Source of the DNA: Eledone cirrhosa
Lineage: Eukaryota
Assembly: GCA_964016885.1 (NCBI GenBank)
Contig: OZ024743.1
Location: 144,894,001-144,958,000 of the forward strand
Length of the DNA stretch: 64,000 nucleotides
Direction: 5' to 3'
In this document: one piece after another, positions 54,301 to 64,000 of the stretch
Position numbering within the stretch: the stretch's first letter is position 1
How the letters are laid out: each line of letters opens with the position of its first letter
Notes under the pieces: model-generated
Databases searched by the model: none
Seen by the model: the letters and a program-made list of their open reading frames with translations, nothing else
What the model was told of the DNA's origin: nothing
Program-made: the position numbers and the translations under genes

Positions 54301-55669
54301 TCATTTATATATTATGCGTATGATGCCACATTAAAATGTGCTATAATACACATTCGATGTCCTTATTGAACATTCATAATCCATATAAAGATGAGTAGAT
54401 AACATTGTTTGATCAGAGGCAGGCAATAGTCTAGTAAGTAGGGGGCGATACGCAGAAACCTGATCTCCCCATGTGTATACAGCCTCTCTGTTTGAAGCCC
54501 GAATACAGTTTGTAACACGCGTTTTGAAACTCAAAGGTGTGTTGTAACAACATTCAGCACTTACTCTTAATTTCATTTTCCTGCGCCTTTGAACTTCATG
54601 TATAACTTCGAAGAACTTAACTTTGGCTTAAACTCACTAATATGTAAATTTGACAAGTCTATATGTCTATATATTCAATGTATATATTTTTATACACATT
54701 TTACGCAGTTGATGTTAACTCGGCACTGTATGTGTACAGATATAAATTTAACGTTTACTTTGGCTGATTCGTACACTATTTAATATATAAAAGTAATTAG
54801 CCATTCATCCATCCATACATACATACATACATACATACATACATACATGGTGGCTGCCAACTCGTTTTCGAGTACGGCCACTACTTTATATCCATGTAGG
54901 AGAACTCCTACCGATGGGCTGAACGAGTGTGACTTTTTAGTCCAGCCAGCGACTTGAAAACTCTGTACAAACACTACACTTGTGACAATTATTGACACAT
55001 AGTGCTGGGCCCATGGTACCATGTGACGACAAGTGCAGAGAGATCTCCAGATATAAAGCAATGCCTGTGCCGTGAAGCTTTTATAGTGAGCAAAGGCACT
55101 GCACAAAGCCAGTCCCCCTCTCTTAACCAAGATGATATTTACCAAAAAGAAGACATACATACATACATACATACATACATACATGATGGCTGCCCCCTCT
55201 TTATCGCGTATGGCCATTGCACACTATAACATTATTAATGATAACATTAATCAATTAATCAATTAATGTTATCATGCAATGCCTGTGTGTGAAGATTTTG
55301 TTTAAAGTGAAGAAAGACTGTGCACTGAGCCAATCGCACTCTCTGAGCGACACTAGCTTATAACCTGAAAAGAAGAAAAGATCAACATCATCGGAAACTA
55401 CTGAGCCGTAGGTTTTATGTACATACATACATAAATGCATGTGTGTGTATACCTGTCTGTGATAGTGTCTGTGTTTATGTTGACATTGGTTTTAGTATTT
55501 ATACCACATAATTTAGTCTTTCAACTAATACAAATGAATGACGAGTGTGACAGGAGTAATTACTGGGGGTGATATGATCGGCTAAAACCTTTGACGTGTA
55601 TACCCCAGTTTGGCCTCAGACCGACGTTTACTGTAAACGTGATAGTATATATATATATATATATATATA

Positions 55670-56038
55670 TAAATTAGAAAATAGAATAGCATTCACCGCA
55701 TTTTTTACTAAAGAAATTTTAGCCTGATAATGGGGTTTAGAACCCTCAGATAAAATGGAAAAAGATGAATATTGATGTACATCAATACTCATCTTTTTCC
55801 ATTTTATCTGAGGGTTCTAAACGACATTATCAGGCTAAAATAAAGTACCAGTAATGTACTGGGTAATTGCTGGCCTTGTGCCAATAGTAGAAACAATTAT
55901 CAGGCTAAAATTTCTTTAGTAAAAAATGCGGTGAAAGCTATTCTATTTTCTAATTTCAAACCGAAATTAGAAAATAGAATAGCTTTCACCGTATTTTTTA
56001 CTAAAGAAATTTTAGCCTGATAATGGGGTTTAGATAAT

Positions 56039-56046
<8 letters not shown>
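55670..56046. mobile_element. Double fold-back element interrupted by a SINE 3' fragment with 15-bp TSD
   Basis: Pivots at ~55778 and ~55960. TSD attatcaggctaaaa at 55826-55840 and 55896-55910. Confidence 0.75.
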
Positions 56047-56111
<65 letters not shown>

Positions 56112-56271
56112 ATACATATATATATATATATGTATATACATATATATATATATATGTATATATATATATGTAATGTGTATATATATGTATATATATATAT
56201 ACACATATATATATATATATGTTTATACATATATAAATATATATATATGTATATACACATATATATATGTG

Positions 56272-56341
<70 letters not shown>

Positions 56342-56342
56342 C

Positions 56343-56439
<97 letters not shown>

Positions 56440-56501
56440 CACACATATATATATGTGTATATACATATATATATGTGTATATACATATATATATGTGTAT
56501 A

Positions 56502-56571
<70 letters not shown>

Positions 56572-56650
56572 ATACATACATACATACATACATACACACA
56601 CACATATATATATATATATATAGATATGTATGTACACACACACACACACA

Positions 56651-56711
<61 letters not shown>

Positions 56712-57499
56712 TTATAATAATATGGACGAGGCGTTTCGCGATTGATCAGCTCAAGATTCAATCTGTATGGATCGGACCCGACTCTGGAATCAAAAGCTCA
56801 TCGGACTTCTGTTATAGTAATGACAGAATGATTCTCTTACAGCGTTGGGAATTTAAAGCAAACGGGATACATATATATGTATCCCGTTTGCTATAAATTG
56901 TGCCTATATTGGAACTGGTCATGAATCCACCCATTAACATTTAGATAACATTTGCCAAAACCACACACAAGTCTTGATAGCTGTTTGATTGCATTTCAAG
57001 ATTACGAATCATGTTTTATGCTTTATTTTAAAAAAGAGAAAAAAATAATTTTGTACCTTCTCTAGAACAACATCCTTTTGGCAGTTATTGCTTACGCAAT
57101 TCGTAATACATTACAACTGAATGTATCAATAATGTATTATATGTAAATGAAAATGAGGCAACTCTAATAAGACTAGTAAAGAAAAAAATGTTCTTAGCTT
57201 CTGCGGTATTCATTCCCCCACAAACCTATACATGACTGAAACGTATAACAATGCTAGTTTTCATGTAGTGTTTTAGGATGAAGAGAAATTTTAATAGAAA
57301 ACAAACTCGTAGCAATATTCAAAAATAGCTTAGGAAATTGTAAGCTAAGGTCAATTACTTTTAGAAGGCTATGATCAGAATAGAATGGATACTGGTATTT
57401 CACTTTAAATATTTGAATACAATCATTGACAAATATTTTTTTATTAGCAGTAAGAGAATTAGTTTTTAAAATTCCTACATACCCACGTGACAGAGAAGG

Positions 57500-59290
57500 T
57501 AGTACCAAGGTACCTAAGTTGATTTACTATTTGAGTATGACGGGGGAGCCGTTTAGAAAGGAGATGCCACCCGATATTATCTTTGACTTGATCGTGTTGA
57601 TTATCAACATGCAACGCGTATACACTGAGGCATCCAACGGCTGATTGGACATCCACATCATTGTTACCAATTATCGTGAGAGGATCAGCATAGTGGAGGC
57701 ATGTAAAAGTGAAATCTCGTTACATACTGTCACTTGAGAAATCTTCCACGGCATGCTCCGCTATCGGACTTATTACATAATTGAAAAGTGCTGGAGATGT
57801 AACACTGCGTTGCCAAACAATGGCATTAGATTAATCACCGTAACAGGGAACCTTTGCTCTTGTAGAGATGTTGTATGCTCTCAATAGATTCAGCAATTCC
57901 CTGGCTAATTCATTCCCTAACCTTTCCCAAGGTAAAATATTTGATGTTACAGCCTTGACCGCGACGAAAACCACATTTATTTGGTTGTGTACGTTGCTAA
58001 CGTTCATGCTGAAATCTTTGAAGCAGAATGATATTTTAACAGCAATATCTATTAGTTATTGCAAGAATGCCTATAACCCTTCTTGAAGAAAACGAGAACT
58101 GTATGATTCTAGTCTTGCAGAGAAAATTCCGTGTCCCAGGCATGAGCGATCATGTGGTGCAACCAGGGGACACAGACGTTTGAACACCTTTTGAAGAGTT
58201 TGACGGCTAGACCGTTTTCACACACCTCGATGGTTGGAGTATCCGAACTGCATGAGTTTATGTGTGGTCGTTGGGTATGTTCGCAATAGGGACACACCAT
58301 CGACTGAGTCGATCATCATTTCAATATAAACGTGTCTTGAGCATCGAGAATAATGTTGCTTGTTGGTGTTTAACCTTTCGCAGTTGCTGTTAAAAATTGA
58401 TAGTTTTCTTGAGTCCCTGACAGATGCTGTATGCTTCATGTCTAGAGTGATGATGCGCCAGGATTCATTGCAGTCAGCCCGAGCCATTTGCCTTCCTAGC
58501 AATCGATAGTTAGCTGTATCACAATCCTTAATTTAATTGTTTCTAATGTAGGCACAAGGTCAGCAATTTGGGGAGAGGGGAAAGTCGATTAAATCGACCC
58601 TAGTGTCTTACTAATGTTTTATTTTATCGACCTCGTAGGATGAGCTAAGGCAGAGCTAACCATGGCGGGATTTGAACTCAGAAAGTAAAGGGCCGTAACT
58701 CTATGCTGCAAAGCATGGTGTTCGACGCTCTACCGATTCTACCAATCCACCGCCCAATCCTTAATTTAATATCCCGTTGTTGACGATTCTGGACAGGATC
58801 ATGTAGCCTTCTCCACAGCTAATGTGTCTCTTGTTTGTGTTGGGAGTTCACATCTTCTAGCTTACCTTGAATCCGTCTAAAGGGCCCGTGTATATCTCCG
58901 ACATATCGGCCAACTTTGGATGGCAATGATCGTTCGATTGATCAATTCTAAGCGAATTGTATGTAATTGTCAACTACAATCTCTTTATTGTCACCAGCCA
59001 CTGGAAATGCTCACACAGGTAAAGAAGATACAAACAATAGACATGACCATAGAACAATTTGCAGTTGGTGACTGATGAACTGATGAAGGGTACTTAGAAC
59101 ATTTTGTTGAAGCGAACTAATTAGTGACGAAGAATACTCGTTTTAAACAACCCAAGAACCATCTCGGCACAAGGTACTCGAACAATGGACTCATAGTTAA
59201 TCAGATTGACTACTTCCTTATTAGATTTCATTAGGCCAGTTGTGTATTTAATTACAAGTCTTATTGTAGTGCTGGATAATAGATATATAA
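57500..59290. pseudogene. Decayed RTE-like LINE: APE remnant on plus (58780-59290), RT remnant on minus (57500-58500)
   Basis: Plus strand NTRFKQPKNH and NQIDYFLI; minus strand FFKKG..SCNN. Confidence 0.5.
58538..58754 (-). mobile_element. Meta-type SINE (longer variant) with 16-bp TSD
   Basis: TSD caatccttaatttaat at 58522-58537 and 58755-58770. Confidence 0.88.
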
Positions 59291-59539
59291 TTATATATTT
59301 TCATTTAAAAAACAGTGCTCAATACATGTACTAACAATGAGTAAACGCCTCGTGTGTAAATTGTCAATTGTATGACTGCATGAATTATCAGGTGTCTATA
59401 GATTTATTAAAGTTATTAGTTATGTTAGAGATGTAGAATATCAATAATCGAAGTAGGAACTGACTTAGTGTTTCAACTCAATAACAACACATACACAATC
59501 TCATATACAGACGCATATATATATTTATATATGTAGAGC

Positions 59540-59577
59540 CTGATGACCCTCTGATAAACAGACGAAACTCCAGAGTA
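59540..59577 (+). ncRNA. HHR-like core lacking a convincing stem I
   Basis: CTGATGA ccc-tctg-ataaa-caga-c GAAA ctc-ca-gaG TA. Confidence 0.45.
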
Positions 59578-59611
59578 ACAAGACATATATACACACATAT
59601 ATATATTATAA

Positions 59612-59800
59612 TAATTGTTTCTACTTTAGGCACAAGGCCAGCAATTATCCAGTGCATTACTGGTACTTTATTTTATCGACCTCGTAAGGATGAAAGGCAA
59701 AGTCAACCTCGGCGGGATTTGAACTCAGATCGTAAAGGGACGTAACTATGCTGGAAAGCATGGCGTCCGACCCTCTACCGATACTGCCAATCCACCGCCC
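59612..59800 (-). mobile_element. Meta-type SINE
   Basis: Reverse complement of the consensus. Confidence 0.9.
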
Positions 59801-60036
59801 TTATATATATATTATAATAATAGTAATAAACGAAAGATATATACTTTATATAATCTCTATTTATATCATTATATATATTTCGAAGATGGAAAGTTTTATG
59901 TATAACATAAGCCAGAACATGTCCTCGTCAGACAAAATACATATGAGGTGTATAATTGTTCATGATATGCTGGTAGCCGACAAGCTGGACAGATCGGTGA
60001 CCACCAAGCATATATATATATATATATATATATATA

Positions 60037-60310
60037 TGGTTCAGCTAACCACTCGACTCCCGGGAATGAATATGACCGCAGCTAGTAAACAAGGACCCAC
60101 ACCCCACCCTCCCGCACCAAAATTAGACTTATCGTCCTCTACTTTTGCTCTTTACTCTCTTTACTCTTTGTTCTTGAATGTTTGGTTAGTAGAGTCCGTA
60201 ACACCAATCAAACCCCTTTTATAGCTCTGACGAATCCTACGGCTACGTAAGGAAGAAACATTGTAAGCCAATAAAAATCTTTTGATGTTGTAGACGCTCT
60301 TGTGTTCTTT

Positions 60311-60315
<5 letters not shown>
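60037..60315 (+). mobile_element. Penelope-like 3' end with type I HHR at 60224-60268
   Basis: QLTTRLPGMN (resembling the GIY-YIG C-terminal LxTxxPxGxN motif), then gct CTGACGA atcctacg-gcta-cgtaaggaa GAAA catt GTA agc, then AATAAA. (TA)n on both sides. Confidence 0.72.
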
Positions 60316-60394
<79 letters not shown>

Positions 60395-60426
60395 GGAAAT
60401 TTGCTGTCAAAACGGCAAGAACTCAG

Positions 60427-60492
<66 letters not shown>

Positions 60493-60803
60493 TACTTCTC
60501 CTAGACATATGCCAAACGAGCTTTATTGTCTATATTGTTGACTCTCCTGAATTCATCCGCACTTTGACGTGATTTGTTTTTTAACCCAAGGGATGGTAAA
60601 AAATCACCATCCTCACCAAGGTAGCTTCGTGGAGCATATTCACACCTGGACCAACGCAATTTATATATACGTGGGTATAAGTCACACCGAAGTATAACAC
60701 CAACTTCTAACAATTTTTATAACAAATTTTTGAATGGATACGATTTTCCGAAATATTCTGAAGGTGCATTCAGATTTTCTTGTTTTTCTCTCCACTTTCA
60801 TTG

Positions 60804-60866
<63 letters not shown>

Positions 60867-61015
60867 CCTCTCTCTCTCTCTCTCTCTCTCTCTCCCCCCC
60901 CTCTCTCTTTCATTCTTACCTATCCGGCCTTGCTACCTTAATATTCACAGCCCCATTTGCATTGCAATGGGTGTTCTGAAACGTGCCTATTTTTCATATT
61001 CCCAAATGCTTCAAG

Positions 61016-61102
<87 letters not shown>

Positions 61103-61456
61103 TGCTATGATTTGGGAGGATCATGCCAATAAAAACACATGCACTTGTTGGTTTTCACTTCATTTCATTATAAATCGCCGGTAGGCTGGTTGGTTGGTTC
61201 GATAACCGGAAGGTTGTTTGTACATTGTCAAAGCTCTTTCGTGACACATTCTGTGACCTCCTCAGTGACTGGGTTTTGTGTCTCTCCTTTGTTCTGTGTC
61301 TCTCCTTGCGTCTCTCTTGTGTCTCTCCTTTGTTCTGTCCTATACAAGGTGGTACATGTATTTTTATTGGCAGCATGGCCCTCCCAAAGTAGAACAGTAT
61401 CTGTTACGACATAGAATTTCAGATAAGAAATCTTGCAAAACAAATTAAAAAACGAA

Positions 61457-61507
<51 letters not shown>

Positions 61508-61629
61508 TATATGTGTGCGTGTATATACACACATATATATATATATATAGTTTTATCGCTCTACATAGCTGAATACAAGAAATGTAAATCTGAGTTTTTC
61601 GAATATTAATAATAATATTCTATTCCTTT

Positions 61630-62110
61630 GCAATCATGGAAACAACCTCTTTAAGCCATGTGAGTAGAATGACCCCGTCATTCTTGCTCTTGTTTGGCAT
61701 ATAAACAGAACGGCAGACAGTAATGTTTCTGGGTGATTAACCTTCATCAGTACCGTATACTGCTTACCAGCCAACTGTCAGAGCTAGTGAAAATATATTT
61801 GCACATGTATATCACTGAGTATCTTATCTGTCATCGCTCCAGGGAAGAACCCCATCATTTTCTCATTATCTCCCAGCTGTTGCTTACCTTTTTCATTGAG
61901 GCAATCTTTGTAGTGTAGAATCGTTGGATTGCTTCAAGTACCGCAGTTAATTTGATACTGTGGTTTGTCAATAGTCAATATTCCAGGTGCCTGAGGACAA
62001 ATGTACTATCCAGGACTAACATGGTTTCCCCGTCCCTTATCTTGAATGACCTTAGTTTTGGTGATACGCACATGAAACAATGCATCATTGCTCATCAGGT
62101 CATGCATATA
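61630..62110 (-). pseudogene. Decayed RTE-like LINE fragment
   Basis: Vestigial KTKV and F..LG motifs in order on the minus strand. Confidence 0.35.
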
Positions 62111-62537
62111 TCAGTCTATCTACCATGCCTCCTACCTGCTTATCTATCTACCTACCTATCTGTCTATCCATCTATGTATCTGTTTGTTTGACAGTCTACT
62201 GCTATCTATTTATGTATACTTACCAATGTAACAACCAGTGTATTACAATAGCTGTTCGGATATAGACCTACACATACTTAGAACAAATTTATCTTAATTT
62301 AGTGGATATATGTTTGATAATGGAAGAATATATTGAAGACATTTTTGAAATTCATTTAAAAGTAAAATGACATACGGCTATAGCCGGAGTGACAAGACAG
62401 AGAAGATTCAAGCATCTTTACACATAATGTTGTAATCAAAGAATTATTAAGTTAAATCATTTTTAAGTATAAACTTTTCTATAAATTATAAACTGAGTGT
62501 GGGTACTATGCTAGTACACACATACACACAGATACAT

Positions 62538-62666
<129 letters not shown>

Positions 62667-62694
62667 CAACCATAATATGCCTTTTGTGTGTATA

Positions 62695-62948
62695 TAAGGA
62701 AAAGAAAAGAAATCGAAAATGCAACTGGAGTCTTTTAAAAATATTTATTTATTTACTTTACACAGCTGTTATGATTTTCAAAAGTAAAATTAAGATGGAA
62801 GGTTTATCTTTCTACCAAACCACAACAGAAACACAAACCTTCCATCTTAATTTTACTTTTGAAAATCATAAGAAGTGTGAAACCAGTAAAGTAAATAAAT
62901 AAATATTCCTAAAAAACTCCAGTTGCATTTTCAATTTCATTTCCTTAT
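62695..62948. mobile_element. Family M-related fold-back with U3-A8 HHR at 62852-62895 (plus)
   Basis: tttactt TTGAAAA tcat-aagaa-gtgt GAAA cca GTA aagtaaa, with a 7-bp stem I. Confidence 0.65.
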
Positions 62949-63084
62949 ACACACACACACAAACAAACAAACACACACATACACACACACACACACACGA
63001 GAATAATAGGAAGAGGTGATGAAGCGGATGCGTTTTTTGCACTTATGTTTCAATTTAGGACAGGGAATTAGTGGGATCGTTAGG

Positions 63085-63275
63085 AAATGGGGGGGAAATG
63101 CTTTGCGGTATTTAGTTAAGGCTCTTCACGTTCTGAATTCAAATTCTGCTGAACTCAACTGTGCCTTTCATCCATTAGGGATCGATAAAATAAATTAGCA
63201 ATCAGGCACTGGGGTCGATATAATTGATTTTTCCCTTCCAGTCAAATTACTGACCTAAAGTAGAAATCATTGTTT
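63085..63275 (+). mobile_element. Old diverged Meta-type SINE (another fragment at 63560-63680)
   Basis: ctgaattcaaattctgctgaactcaactgtgcctttcatccattagggatcgataaaat. Confidence 0.7.
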
Positions 63276-63965
63276 TTCAATCTATGAGCATTCCACAGTC
63301 ACGTACATCCTTGACGTAGTTCTAAGTGAGATTTAACGAGACACATTGGAGTAACAAAGCCGGCTTCTTTGAATAACAGATGTAAGACATTTCTTTTTCA
63401 GCTAAGTGAACTGGAGCAATATGAAATAAAGTGTGAGCCTACAATCGTATTTTACGACATTAAGTTCGTGAGCAGAACACCCCCAACCAACTAAACCACG
63501 CACTTTGACGACCTTATGGTGGATAAAATGGTTTTCGGAAATTCGTTACGGTTCATTACGCAAAGGTCAACTTTGCTTTTCATCCTTTCACGGTCGATAA
63601 AATAAAGTACCAACAAAGTACTCTAGAAGGTTTAATCGACTAATCGTTCTCCACAAAATTGTGACTATGATAGAAATTATTATTGTATTTCAATCTTGAA
63701 CTGTCTTTAAATTTTGGATGGGTTTGAATTCTGTCAGTTTATATGAATATATGATAGTTGATTAGTTGTAAAACTCAGTGGTGGCAACTATGTATTCCAA
63801 CCGTATTAGTCCAGTTTTTTTTGGTTTCAAGCACAGTGTATCTAGTGCTACATTATTCAATGTTCTCTCATACTTGAGATTGGATGGAGTGTTTGCTAAT
63901 ACTTGATTAAATTGCTATTCTTCTGAAACAGGAAAACTCACACTGACACACGCACATACACACAC

Positions 63966-63996
<31 letters not shown>

Positions 63997-64000
63997 TGTA

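Noticed and set aside
59748-60224. 158-aa ORF
   Set aside because: A chimera of antisense SINE, AT-rich filler, (TA)n and a short PLE remnant.

Overview
Eukaryotic, AT-rich, microsatellite-saturated genomic DNA. The repeat content (tRNA-derived Meta-type SINEs, RTE and Tx1/L1 LINEs, very long (TA)n/(CA)n/(TACA)n tracts) looks like an octopod cephalopod, which is an inference. Bases 120-11630 are a cluster of four decayed Tx1/L1-clade LINE copies in both orientations. The only credible host gene is an exon at 38834-39439 encoding a secreted, 4-Cys, C-terminally amidated (HFA-GKR) neuropeptide precursor. The main unexplained signal is RNA-structural: many unrelated short elements inserted into (TA)n tracts carry type I hammerhead ribozyme (HHR) folds. 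These include a 312-bp head-to-tail array with one HHR per unit (12053-13197, retrozyme-like), U3-A8 core variants and long-stem-II variants. Most sit in Penelope-like fold-back (inverted) structures. Nearly all other ORFs in the track are microsatellite or antisense artefacts. All structures were read by eye; no folding or database searches were run.
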